The notes: generated by a model not told the origin, from the sequence alone. Shown: positions 7,875 to 17,162, numbered from the stretch's first letter. The stretch: DNA of 64,000 nt from a virus (IMGVR_UViG_3300023199_000127:96001-160000), one strand, 5' to 3'. Made by a program: numbers and translations.

Positions 7875-10382
7875 TCAGAATTCTGGGGCTTCTTCTTGGT
7901 GATCGGCAACCCCAATGATGTTATCCACAAGGGCACCACTGTCTACAGATGTCATCTTCTTGATCTCATCCTCAACTTCCTCTCGCGAGGTAGGTATGAG
8001 ACGAGCACTCTCTTCATGAAACTTAAACCACAGGGTGCCCTTGAAGCTGTTTACCTTATTCTTCTCAATCTCCATCTGGACGACAGGGCGTTTACGAAGC
8101 TCCAGCTGCGGATTGTCAGCCTGATCCAACCAGTAATGCTCTGCCTTCTCTCTACGGTCATGTAGCTCGTTGTACAACACACCAACAAGCTTAGCACCAT
8201 AGGCGATCTTAGCCGTTTCGGCAGCATGCCAGAAACGGCCCTTCCCCTCAAACCCAGCCTTGGTCATCTCAAGAGACCAAAGCGAGGTGTAGTCAAGATG
8301 ATCAGAGCTATCCTGCGCCCACTGGAAGGCAGCCTTGAACCTAGCTCTATCTTCACCCTCACCACCGATATTGTGGAAGGAGTCACCGAAGAGAATCACC
8401 GGACGTCCGGTCTGATCCTGCACCGTTTTAATGAGTCGCTCAAAGACCTTGGTACTGTTGCCCAGGTTCGTACCCTGGATCACCAGCCGGCCAGAGTCGA
8501 CCCACTCGAGGATCTTGTCGCGCCACTGAACCCAGATGCGCTTCTGGTCCTCGTCCTTCCACACTCTCTCGTTAGGGAAGATCACGTCCTGAATGTTAAA
8601 GCCAGAGGCAATAGCCATAAGCTTAGCGAGAGTAGTCTCCCGCGGATCATCCAGGGACAAGTAAATGCACGCAGGTTCTGCGTTGTGCTGAATGATACCA
8701 GTGCACAAATTCCCTAGCGATGCTGACTTACCAACGTTAGGTCCCCCAAGAAAGCAGTAAACCTCCTTGGATTTCTTCAACCCCTTAAGGTGATGGTCCC
8801 AATTAGACATGCCAGTAAGCCAGCCAAGTTCACCTTCCTGGGTATTGGCGAACTTCTCAAAGGCTCCACGAGCAAACGACACAGTCTCGTCGGGGCGAGC
8901 CACCTCATCCTTCTCTCCCATGGTCTCAATAGTATCAACGGCATGGTAGAGCAGGTTCTTTTTGCTCCTGGAGTCCCTAGCACGACGCAGGTCCCACATG
9001 AGACGCTCAATTGCTGTCTCGACCTCCTTGTCTTCAATCGTATCGATCTCAGACCTGATGTCCTGTTCAGGAACGCCAGTGACATCTGCCAACTTACGGC
9101 AGAGCAACCCACGTTCAATAGGACTCTCCTCATTGAGGATGAAGCCAACCATCTCCTTGACGATATCCAGAGAGCCCATATCAGGCTCCTTCTGATACAC
9201 ACCAAGCTGATAGTCAAAAGCTGAAGTAGGCTGGTGGGCAAAGAAATTCGACAGGCCCTCTACAAGGTTAGGCCATGCACGAATATAGAAGTCAACATCC
9301 CTATCACTAGGAGGTGTTGCCTCATTGAAGGTCAGGAACATAGCCGTGACCCGTAGGCCCTTCTGGTTCCTGAACTTCTCGAGGTACTTGATCATGTTGG
9401 TCCGACCAACCTCATCTCCGTTAAGGACGAGGTTCACATGTCGGAAACCACATTCTCGAATTACCTCTACTTGCAAGTCAGTCAGTGCAGTGCCGCAAAG
9501 AGCGGCACAGCACGGATGACCTGCTAGGACTGCAGTAGCCCAGTCCATGTAGCTCTCGAAAACATCGAGACGCTTCATGGGATGCTGCTTGGCAACATGA
9601 ATGCCATACAGCAAGGTCTCCTTGCGTAGAATCATGCACTTCTCCTGCGAAGTAATCTGATACTTCGGAGGATAGTACTGACCAGCCGCCATATAACTCT
9701 TGTACTCTTCCTTGTCGAACAGAGTATAGCGGCGGTCAAAGCCCACGATCTTTCCCTTGAAGTCGCGAAGTGTAATCGTCATGCGATCCAGGCCAATTTT
9801 GTCCTGGTTAATGCCTGAAGACTTCACGTACTCACGGGAAAACCCGCGGTTCTGGATCTCAGTGATGAACTGCTCCCAGTTCACCACACCGATCCCATGT
9901 TCAAGCTGGAAGCCATGTGGAATCCCTCTATTTCTCACGTACTCCTGGTTCTCAGGGTACTTCTCGATGAGGTCCACAATAATCTCTGCTGCAGCAGTAT
10001 AGAGACGTTCCTGTTTAAGCTCTTGCAACTCTTGCTCAGAAAGCTCCAGCTTTTCATGAGGAATACGATACTTCTCTGCCAGGAAGTACACGTTATCGAA
10101 CAGGAATCCCTTCCCATCCAACGGTTTGCCATCGAAGATATTAGCCGCATGGAAGATATCAAGCACACGACCACACCCGAAACACTTCAAGAAGGTTTCA
10201 GGCTCAGTATCGTTGCGCTTCAAGTACCCCATTGAAGGGGTCTTGTCATTATGCTGCGGATGAATGCAGCACGTCTTGCCGGCCTGCGTAAAGGTTACTC
10301 CATGTTCCTGGAGATAATCGGGCAAGTATGCCCGAACCTTCTTTAGCAAGGCCTCAAATGCGGGATCGTCTCTACGGCTCAT
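7875..10382 (-). CDS. DnaG-type primase fused to a DnaB-like helicase
   Basis: Zn finger C.H...DKTPS...CFGC, Toprim FESYMD and LNGD, Walker A GGPNVGKS, Walker B ILFGDS, and IEKNK arginine-finger region. Confidence 0.9.
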   Translation of the reverse strand: MSRRDDPAFEALLKKVRAYLPDYLQEHGVTFTQAGKTCCIHPQHNDKTPSMGYLKRNDTEPETFLKCFGCGRVLDIFHAANIFDGKPLDGKGFLFDNVYFLAEKYRIPHEKLELSEQELQELKQERLYTAAAEIIVDLIEKYPENQEYVRNRGIPHGFQLEHGIGVVNWEQFITEIQNRGFSREYVKSSGINQDKIGLDRMTITLRDFKGKIVGFDRRYTLFDKEEYKSYMAAGQYYPPKYQITSQEKCMILRKETLLYGIHVAKQHPMKRLDVFESYMDWATAVLAGHPCCAALCGTALTDLQVEVIRECGFRHVNLVLNGDEVGRTNMIKYLEKFRNQKGLRVTAMFLTFNEATPPSDRDVDFYIRAWPNLVEGLSNFFAHQPTSAFDYQLGVYQKEPDMGSLDIVKEMVGFILNEESPIERGLLCRKLADVTGVPEQDIRSEIDTIEDKEVETAIERLMWDLRRARDSRSKKNLLYHAVDTIETMGEKDEVARPDETVSFARGAFEKFANTQEGELGWLTGMSNWDHHLKGLKKSKEVYCFLGGPNVGKSASLGNLCTGIIQHNAEPACIYLSLDDPRETTLAKLMAIASGFNIQDVIFPNERVWKDEDQKRIWVQWRDKILEWVDSGRLVIQGTNLGNSTKVFERLIKTVQDQTGRPVILFGDSFHNIGGEGEDRARFKAAFQWAQDSSDHLDYTSLWSLEMTKAGFEGKGRFWHAAETAKIAYGAKLVGVLYNELHDRREKAEHYWLDQADNPQLELRKRPVVQMEIEKNKVNSFKGTLWFKFHEESARLIPTSREEVEDEIKKMTSVDSGALVDNIIGVADHQEEAPEF

Positions 10383-10557
10383 CCTCTATTTTGGCTTTCT
10401 GTAACCACCTCGGTAGTCTATTCCGCCCCACCCGGAGAAAGGTGGCAACCTTTCTACGGGAACCTAGACGTTCTAGCAGATACCGCAGGTAGTGCTCTCC
10501 TGTGGTGTCCTCAGCGAAGAGCAGCTTACGCAGACTTCGGGCTGAGGGTTCCGGCAT
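10372..10557 (-). CDS. Small Fis-like helix-turn-helix protein
   Basis: YLLERLGSRRKVATFLRVGRNRLPRWLQK fits a Fis-type HTH. Start taken at ATG 10557. Confidence 0.5.
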   Translation of the reverse strand: MPEPSARSLRKLLFAEDTTGEHYLRYLLERLGSRRKVATFLRVGRNRLPRWLQKAKIEDEP

Positions 10558-11749
10558 TGTACAGCTCAGCCATCCGCTCGGCAACAAGCTTTGCGATGGC
10601 AGGGATGCTACAGGTCTCTTCAACAGCTTCTTGTCCAGCCTGACGCATGGCATCCACCTTGTCACGATCCCACTGCATGGCTTCAATGATCCTTGCAGTA
10701 GCTCCGTACATATCAATACGAGCCCACCATTGATCAGCTCGATACCACGGGTTATAACTCATCCCGTAAACCGGCTCCATGGTAAAAGGCAAGAGGATGC
10801 CAGACTCACCATCCTGGATATAGTCCGTGGGACCTCCCCAGCCTGTATGGGCAGCAATGCAACCCGAGGCCATAGCCTGTACGACGGGGAAGGCAAAGCC
10901 TTCACCACGGCTAAACGAAACGTACATATCCACAGTCTGGAACCACTGAGCAATCTCATCATCAGAGAGATGCTCAGTGAGCATAAAGATGTCGGCGCCT
11001 TTCACCTCCTCAGGACCAAACTGCACTAGGCTACGACATGCTTGCACACGATCGAAGACCTGTTGCTGCTGGCTACCTTCAATGTGACTTCCATAGGTTT
11101 TGATCAGACCAGCGACCTTCTTGCCGCTGAACTGAGTCATCAACCAGATAAGCCACTCCTCAATGTTCTTACGCTTGGTCCACTGGCCCATAAATCCGAT
11201 GACAAACGGACGCTCCTCTCGGGGAATCTCATTTCCCATAGCGTCCACAGTCAGACCAGTGATAGGCAACTCTTCCAAACCAGATCGATGTAGAGAAGTA
11301 TCTACGGGACCAGGCATCACAGTTACAGGAACTGTGACTCCACTACGTGAAAATGCCTTCTTCGCATCTGTACTAGAAGTCCAGATCTCGTCCATACGAT
11401 TCATCTGTGTGACCCAGTTCAACCTGGGCTGTCCATGCATGTCCGTATCTGGGATGCGAGTAGTCTCCCACTGCGTGAATCCAATGTTATACCGATCCGG
11501 CTGGGGATTGTAGAACTCTGGAGTCTCGAAGTGGATAGCCACATCAGGATCATCCCACGATTTTGAGGCAAGATCCTTGTAGTGCTGACGCTGCGCAGAA
11601 TCCATGCGAATAGTAGCAGAATCATGCTTGTTCGGCTGTAGCTTGATATCAAGATCTTCAACAAGCTCCATAGACTTGAGAAGATTACGGGCGTGAGTCG
11701 AATAGCCAGAAGGGCTATCGATGTCGGTAACAAATAGAACCTTAATCAC
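10526..11749 (-). CDS. GT4 (GT-B fold) glycosyltransferase
   Basis: SGYS, RKNIE and FSRGEGFAFPVVQAMASG motifs. Confidence 0.9.
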   Translation of the reverse strand: MIKVLFVTDIDSPSGYSTHARNLLKSMELVEDLDIKLQPNKHDSATIRMDSAQRQHYKDLASKSWDDPDVAIHFETPEFYNPQPDRYNIGFTQWETTRIPDTDMHGQPRLNWVTQMNRMDEIWTSSTDAKKAFSRSGVTVPVTVMPGPVDTSLHRSGLEELPITGLTVDAMGNEIPREERPFVIGFMGQWTKRKNIEEWLIWLMTQFSGKKVAGLIKTYGSHIEGSQQQQVFDRVQACRSLVQFGPEEVKGADIFMLTEHLSDDEIAQWFQTVDMYVSFSRGEGFAFPVVQAMASGCIAAHTGWGGPTDYIQDGESGILLPFTMEPVYGMSYNPWYRADQWWARIDMYGATARIIEAMQWDRDKVDAMRQAGQEAVEETCSIPAIAKLVAERMAELYNAGTLSPKSA

Positions 11750-13086
11750 AGTCGAACTCCGAAAGCAGAACGCCCCTCCTGGGCAGCTAAATCATCAAGC
11801 AGTTTCTTCCACTGAGCAGCAATGATGGTGTAGTCAAAATTCTCTACCACTGAACGTCGTCCTGCACGTCCCATAGACTTACGCATCTCCTTGTTCTGCG
11901 CAAGCAGGTAACAGTGCAAGACACACTGTGCAATATCAGGAATCACCCGCTCGATACCTGAGCCGTGCTCCGTAATACGAGCAGCCTCCGGCACAGCAAT
12001 GCCACCAATCTGTTTCCCAACCTCTCCTTGTCCAGAGTAGTCTGAGTAAATCACAGGCACGCCGGCTGCGGCAGCCTCAATCAGAGGCATGCCGAAGCCC
12101 TCACCACCAGACATCGACACATACATGTCGAACAGGTTGTAGACGTCGTTCATGGCCCCATCATCAAAGCCCTTGGTGTGACCCAGGCCTTGCGTGTAGA
12201 TCACTTCGCCCTTCTGGCCCCACAGTTCCTCCTGGTAGGGGAAGTTGATACCTCCCTCCTGAGCAAAACTGTGCACCCAGAAACGCATGTTCGGCATAGC
12301 CTTGGGATGAATCCAGTCACCACTCGTATTTCCTTGAGGTGCATATCCCTTACGTGCATTGCGATCGTAATGTCCAAGTTCCACGCCACCATCTGCCTTG
12401 TACATCCAATTTCCTGAACGCAGATAATACTGAATCGGGTATATGATCCAGGGCATCTTACGAAACTGATTCTTACCAACGAAGCCCATCACGATGGCAT
12501 CCTTGGAGTACCGTGAGCCCAGCGCATGCTTACGCAAGTTCTCTCGCTGATCATCGGATAGAGGCTTAAACACCTCAGGATCTACACCATGATAAACAGT
12601 CTCCGCAGAACCACCAGTCAAACTCTGCATGGCCTTAGAACCCCACTTGGTGACACCCACCAGCAGATCACACTGCTGCAGGGTGTCCTTGTACACCGAG
12701 GGGATCGGCTCTCCATCTATGGGAATCCACAGTGCAAGCTTGAAACCCATAGTGCGACGCCACTCTGCAAGGTGTTCAATCATGTATGCATCAGCCAAAG
12801 ACCAGACAATGTCTGGTCTCATCTGATGCACCAGACGACCAAAGGACTGTGCTCCATATCGATCCCCCTCCTGTAGCATCGGTCGACCCTCAGGATCGAA
12901 ACCTGCATTGGTGGGGTAAATCTCAAAAGGAACCTCTAGTCCTTCGATCGTCTTCTGATGGAACCACGCATGCTGAGCAATACGATACTGACCTGTCTGC
13001 AAAAGTGCAGTCCAGAGGTCGCGAGTAATGCGACCAAAAGACGTGTGCGTTGCAGCACTGTAAGTGGACAACAGGATCTTGGTCAT
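11746..13086 (-). CDS. GT4 (GT-B fold) glycosyltransferase
   Basis: YHGVD, FVGKNQFRK and SGGEGFGMPLIEAAAAG motifs. Confidence 0.9.
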   Translation of the reverse strand: MTKILLSTYSAATHTSFGRITRDLWTALLQTGQYRIAQHAWFHQKTIEGLEVPFEIYPTNAGFDPEGRPMLQEGDRYGAQSFGRLVHQMRPDIVWSLADAYMIEHLAEWRRTMGFKLALWIPIDGEPIPSVYKDTLQQCDLLVGVTKWGSKAMQSLTGGSAETVYHGVDPEVFKPLSDDQRENLRKHALGSRYSKDAIVMGFVGKNQFRKMPWIIYPIQYYLRSGNWMYKADGGVELGHYDRNARKGYAPQGNTSGDWIHPKAMPNMRFWVHSFAQEGGINFPYQEELWGQKGEVIYTQGLGHTKGFDDGAMNDVYNLFDMYVSMSGGEGFGMPLIEAAAAGVPVIYSDYSGQGEVGKQIGGIAVPEAARITEHGSGIERVIPDIAQCVLHCYLLAQNKEMRKSMGRAGRRSVVENFDYTIIAAQWKKLLDDLAAQEGRSAFGVRL

Positions 13087-13952
13087 TTCATTCGGTTCTT
13101 CAGAACTTCAATATCGTGCTTATGCACGCGCCCTGTGTGGGCCTCGTTGCAGATTTTCTGGAATGGACAGGTTCTACACCTGCTCATATGCGGGGTCTGA
13201 AATACCACATTCTCCTGCATACCCCGCACCAGATTTTTCAGTGTAGCAGAGAAGCCACGATTTCGCACCCTGATGGTCTTTATCTCTGGAGACTGGGATC
13301 TATGCCAGGGACTGAAGGAGACGTGATGAATCTGAGCCTTGGGCTCCGCGTCCCGCAATACCGCCTGAGTCCAGGCCCCCTTGATAGGGTAGAACCGTGG
13401 AGAGGACAAGGAACTCTTCTCATTGGTGATATGGAGGACGATTGGCCCATGACAGTACGTTCTGTCTCGAGCCATCATGATTCCATCCAGCTCACCCTCA
13501 ATGACGTGCCCCCAGAGCTCCACAGCGGCCGGCAGACGGCCTGCAGAGATCTCGAAGTCTCCTCGGTAGCTAGTCCACCTAGCGAACTCCTGGAGGGCCA
13601 GAGAGCCCTCCTGGAGGTACAGGGAGTACTTGGCAGCCTGGTCTAGCATCCCACCAGCTGCACTGAAGCCCTTAGAGAGCACCTTCTTGAAGATCTCGAC
13701 AGCCTGAGAGGCTGGCGATCGCTTCGAATTTGCTCCCACCTCAGTCATCTTGTACGCATAGTGACTAATCGCTTCGCGTACAGATTCGTAGTACACCTGC
13801 TCAAGATCCCGCTCCGCATGGGGCAAGCTCCACTGGTACTGATACCGCCATTTCAATGAACAGTATCCATAGGTCAGGATCTCATTGATGTGCATGAATA
13901 AAGGAGCCCAGGGTGAACCCCCGGGTTCCCCATTGCAAGAAGCATCCTCCAT
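13083..13952 (-). CDS. PD-(D/E)xK-fold (AddB/PDDEXK_1-like) protein, probably catalytically degenerate
   Basis: YCSLKWRY, GELDG and CRTCPFQKIC motifs; the DxK position reads LHIT. The true start may be the downstream MHINE. Confidence 0.65.
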   Translation of the reverse strand: MEDASCNGEPGGSPWAPLFMHINEILTYGYCSLKWRYQYQWSLPHAERDLEQVYYESVREAISHYAYKMTEVGANSKRSPASQAVEIFKKVLSKGFSAAGGMLDQAAKYSLYLQEGSLALQEFARWTSYRGDFEISAGRLPAAVELWGHVIEGELDGIMMARDRTYCHGPIVLHITNEKSSLSSPRFYPIKGAWTQAVLRDAEPKAQIHHVSFSPWHRSQSPEIKTIRVRNRGFSATLKNLVRGMQENVVFQTPHMSRCRTCPFQKICNEAHTGRVHKHDIEVLKNRMK

Positions 13953-13967
13953 GACGAAGGTTTTATT

Positions 13968-14468
13968 CTAGTCGGACTTGGGCTCGATCGCAAGAACATC
14001 TGACCAATCGATCACGTCGATGGACAGAGCCTTGGCGCCAACGGTGAGACCAATCTTCTTCTGCCCAATGGGCGGATAGTAGATGAGATCACCCGTATGC
14101 ACCTCAGAAACCGGGAGGTAGTCCACCTCCAGTTCGAGATTGCTCTTGATGATGTCAAAGCTCAGTGACTCATCCGTCATCTGGAAGCCGGCGGCCTGCA
14201 GCACGCCTGCTTTCAGATGATTGTTCTGGATGATCACAGCAATGTCCTTGCTGGGCCGAATCACCATGCCCTTCTTAGCAGCTGCCTGGTGAATATCCTG
14301 GGCATTCTGGGGCATATAGATTCGGCCGATCTTCTCCTCCTTGGGGAACTCCACAACGAGGATGCGAGAGCCATGAACCTGAAGGTTCTGTGCCTTCTCC
14401 AGAAGGAGCTTCATCTCCTCCTTAGTAAGGGGCTCTTGATTCTTAGGGGCTTCTTGAATGAGATCCAT
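13968..14468 (-). CDS. groES: GroES-like co-chaperonin with internal insertion
   Basis: VHGSRILV..., GRIYMP, VHTGDLIYY and DVLAI motifs. Start at ATG 14468 follows the RBS AGAGG; the ORF-track extension runs through the tRNA. Confidence 0.7.
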   Translation of the reverse strand: MDLIQEAPKNQEPLTKEEMKLLLEKAQNLQVHGSRILVVEFPKEEKIGRIYMPQNAQDIHQAAAKKGMVIRPSKDIAVIIQNNHLKAGVLQAAGFQMTDESLSFDIIKSNLELEVDYLPVSEVHTGDLIYYPPIGQKKIGLTVGAKALSIDVIDWSDVLAIEPKSD

Positions 14469-14479
14469 GTTTCCTCTAC

Positions 14480-14506
14480 AAAAAAGGTGGGGGCCCGAAG
14501 GCCCCC
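14480..14506 (-). terminator. Intrinsic terminator
   Basis: Minus strand GGGGGCC-TTCG-GGCCCCC (cUUCGg loop) followed by ACC and TTTTTT. Confidence 0.8.
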
Positions 14507-14545
14507 GATTCACACAACAACAGGAGTCGCAAACTGGCCGAAGCC

Positions 14546-14621
14546 TGGCTGTGGGGGCAGGAATTGAACCTGCGACCAACGCATTAACAGTGCGCCGCTC
14601 TACCAACTGAGCTACCCCACA
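14546..14621 (-). tRNA. tRNA-Asn (GUU), CCA encoded
   Basis: 76-nt cloverleaf: TGTGGGG/CCCCACA acceptor, anticodon loop CTGTTAA, T-loop TTCAATT. Confidence 0.97.
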
Positions 14622-14633
14622 AACGGGTTGCTC

Positions 14634-14642
14634 AGTGTACCA
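14634..14642 (-). promoter_or_regulatory. Possible extended -10 promoter for tRNA-Asn
   Basis: TGGTACACT (TGn-TAcAcT) ends 12 nt upstream of the tRNA. No good -35. Confidence 0.35.
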
Positions 14643-14659
14643 CTCCCAGACTAACTAGG

Positions 14660-14942
14660 CTAGGCTAGCTTCTCCAAGACTACTTCAGTGATCCAGTCTC
14701 CAGGATCAAGCTGACAACTGCTTACCGTCTCAAAAGGTATTTCTTGAATCTCCAGAAGTTCAAATTATCGAAATGTGGGGCTGTATACCCGGATAAAGAT
14801 CGCAGCTTTGCTAGACCAGGCCCTTGGCGTATTCAGTGGCGTACTCAGCATTGACATAAAGCTTCTTCAGTTTGCTGAAGACACTGGCAGCCGTAGTGCT
14901 TTTACCAGTGCTAGGACCACCAAAGAGATTTACTACCAACAT
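14660..14942 (-). pseudogene. Broken AAA_28/NadR-like P-loop ATPase
   Basis: MLVVNLFGGPSTGKST...EYAKGLV then TAG at 14811-14813; the remnant continues in another frame with a further TAA at 14765-14767. Confidence 0.65.
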
Positions 14943-14945
14943 TGA

Positions 14946-15113
14946 CTACACCACTTCGCCTTCCATATCAGTGCACGTCATAAAGACACCCCAGTGTCCG
15001 AATTCTCGCGCCTGCTTCTTGGCCTCGGCAATAGCTTCTTCCTCAGACTCAGCAATGATTTCCACATGACCCTCGAGAGTGACGCGGAGATCAATTCCGT
15101 ATGTTTTCAGCAT
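14946..15113 (-). CDS. Small hypothetical protein (55 aa)
   Basis: Own translation: MLKTYGIDLRVTLEGHVEIIAESEEEAIAEAKK..., a common phage small-protein pattern (AESEEEA). Confidence 0.65.
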   Translation of the reverse strand: MLKTYGIDLRVTLEGHVEIIAESEEEAIAEAKKQAREFGHWGVFMTCTDMEGEVV

Positions 15114-15116
15114 GAC

Positions 15117-15551
15117 TTAGTCGTGATCGTACTCAGAAATCTCAATACCGTCACGCTTTACTGTGACGGCAACGTGATCACCAAACATGTCCTCGTAAGC
15201 ATCAGTACTAAACAACTCCAGGAACCGGTGAACAGCGTCGCTAACTGCTAGTTGATCTTCTGTGTAATTCGAAGAATCACAGTATAAACCAGGACGCTCA
15301 AACTGTACGATCTCTTCACCATCATTCCATTCCATCTCACCATAGTCAGTATATACTGAGAAGATACAAGCATCTCCATCATTGAAATGGGGGGTGTACT
15401 GATGCCAGCTGAAGCTGACTAGCTTCGGGAACTTAGCAAAGACCTCGTCAACGCCTTCCTGGAAGGCGAGACGAGCTGCTGTCAGAGCAGCTTCCAAAGC
15501 CGCATCAGCGTCTTTCTGCGCTGCCGCATACTTTTCCATGAAAGTAGACAT
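15117..15551 (-). CDS. Conserved phage hypothetical protein
   Basis: WHQYTPHFNDGDACIF motif; RBS TAGGAG. Confidence 0.75.
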   Translation of the reverse strand: MSTFMEKYAAAQKDADAALEAALTAARLAFQEGVDEVFAKFPKLVSFSWHQYTPHFNDGDACIFSVYTDYGEMEWNDGEEIVQFERPGLYCDSSNYTEDQLAVSDAVHRFLELFSTDAYEDMFGDHVAVTVKRDGIEISEYDHD

Positions 15552-15559
15552 TGAAACTC

Positions 15560-16027
15560 CTAATCAACAAACATTCCACCACCGTGGCTGTCTTTCTTAC
15601 TTGAAATACCAGGTTGATAAACAAACTGGTCCCACGACTGTTGCTTGCCAGGAGCAGCGGGCTTCTCCAGCTTCCTACAAGAAGCAGGAGGAGCCCCCTT
15701 GCCCTTCAGCATCCACTCTTCCATTTCTATGTTAGACAGATAGTCCTGAGCCGATGGGATAAAGCGACCGCCAAAGTCCTCAAGCACATGCTGCTCACCA
15801 ACGTCACGTACTGACACCTTCTTGCCATCTGAATTGACAATATACACTCCAAAGATCTTCTCCAGAATGGTGCCAACAAACCAGCTTGTATGAGTCAATG
15901 CACGGTGGCGACTATTTGCTACCGTAGCCTTGGAAGAATCCATCAGGTTATGAATATCCAGATAGTCCTCTACTTTACCGCCGAACTTCTTGACCGAAGA
16001 CTCAGCGTGGATCAACGGCTTGGCCAT
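15560..16027 (-). CDS. DUF6915-like protein
   Basis: P..HA.SS.KKFGG..EDY..IH..MD.SK...HRAL.H...EQHVLED pattern (family name from memory). Confidence 0.65.
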   Translation of the reverse strand: MAKPLIHAESSVKKFGGKVEDYLDIHNLMDSSKATVANSRHRALTHTSWFVGTILEKIFGVYIVNSDGKKVSVRDVGEQHVLEDFGGRFIPSAQDYLSNIEMEEWMLKGKGAPPASCRKLEKPAAPGKQQSWDQFVYQPGISSKKDSHGGGMFVD

Positions 16028-16031
16028 CCTG

Positions 16032-16253
16032 CTATCCCTCTATGCACAGAGCATCAAACAATGTCATCAGATCGATAGGCGCCTTGATATAGATGATGCG
16101 AACATGACCTTATTGTTTGGCTTGCTCTATCTTGTCATCAAACCCCTGAGGATTTGCATCATCAGCATCGAACACATCCCATGCTTCAAATACCTCAGGG
16201 AAATCTTCAGTACGACGCCAAAGAATGATGCATTTCAGTATAGTGGTGGGCAT
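16032..16253 (-). pseudogene. Small ORF interrupted by an in-frame TAA
   Basis: MPTTILKCIILWRRTEDFPEVFEAW...EQAKQ*GHVRIIYIKAPIDL...IEG*. The TAA is at 16110-16112, and the frame fills the gene slot exactly. Confidence 0.45.
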
Positions 16254-16549
16254 TACAAACCTCGGTTCTTAATGAACCTGTTTAGTCGATCAATGAATCG
16301 ACACCCATCCTCGAGACGTGTAAACCACACATTCAGAGAACAATACTCTGAGTCGGGGTGCATCTGTTCGTCGATTACACTAGTATCGATGAGCTTATCT
16401 TCCACGTCCCCATTACCATCACAGTCCTCAAAGAGACCATAAGCTGCGCAGGTCCCTATCATGCTTCTCTCAAAGCACCATAGACCACTATCAGACTGCT
16501 CAATGTCTTCATAGGTGAAGACAGGCATCGTTTCATTCTGGTAGTACAT
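16253..16549 (-). CDS. Hypothetical protein
   Basis: ORF with TAATG coupling at both ends. Confidence 0.65.
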   Translation of the reverse strand: MYYQNETMPVFTYEDIEQSDSGLWCFERSMIGTCAAYGLFEDCDGNGDVEDKLIDTSVIDEQMHPDSEYCSLNVWFTRLEDGCRFIDRLNRFIKNRGL

Positions 16550-16655
16550 TAGCTACACGCTCTCAAAATGTATGCAGTAGCAACACAAAGGAAGGCCAAC
16601 TGGACCACTCGCAGAGTAATAACAGTTATGCATAGCAACCAGTCCTGAAAACTCA

Positions 16656-17162
16656 CTAGATCTTCTCTACCACACGCAGCATGACACCACATTCATTGAT
16701 GTGCTGCACGGAGAATCTACAGGACTCCCTCCACCTATCAGAGACTTCCTGGTCTCTAAAATTATGGTACTCCGGAATGAAGATGGCACGAATGCCGGCC
16801 TGAATCAGGCCTCGAGTGCAATCTACACAGGGCGGCCCGGTGACGAAGGCAACGGTGCCGTCCGTAGCAACGCCACGTCGAGCAGCACCATAAAGCGCAT
16901 TGCGCTCCGAGTGTTCAAAGAAGGCATACTTCTGCGGACGCTGATGACGCCAGCTTACGGCATCATCCATGCCACGAACCATACCGTTGTAACCAAAGGC
17001 CACCTCGTTACGGTTAAGATCGACCAAGACACAGCCACACTGTGTGCTCGTATCCTTGGACATAGACGCTTTCAGACGTGCCTGCTCAATGAAGTGACGC
17101 TGCCACTTCGTAGTAAAAACAAGCTGCACGTCTTCGTGGCACACATCGTTATTTTCCATCAT
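16656..17162 (-). CDS. dCMP deaminase
   Basis: S.D..TQCGCV, GYNG, HSERN and PCVDC zinc motifs. Confidence 0.92.
   Translation of the reverse strand: MMENNDVCHEDVQLVFTTKWQRHFIEQARLKASMSKDTSTQCGCVLVDLNRNEVAFGYNGMVRGMDDAVSWRHQRPQKYAFFEHSERNALYGAARRGVATDGTVAFVTGPPCVDCTRGLIQAGIRAIFIPEYHNFRDQEVSDRWRESCRFSVQHINECGVMLRVVEKI

Noticed and set aside
14469-14606. N-terminal extension of the GroES-like ORF in the ORF track
   Set aside because: It is a translation through tRNA-Asn and the terminator; the RBS supports a start at 14468.
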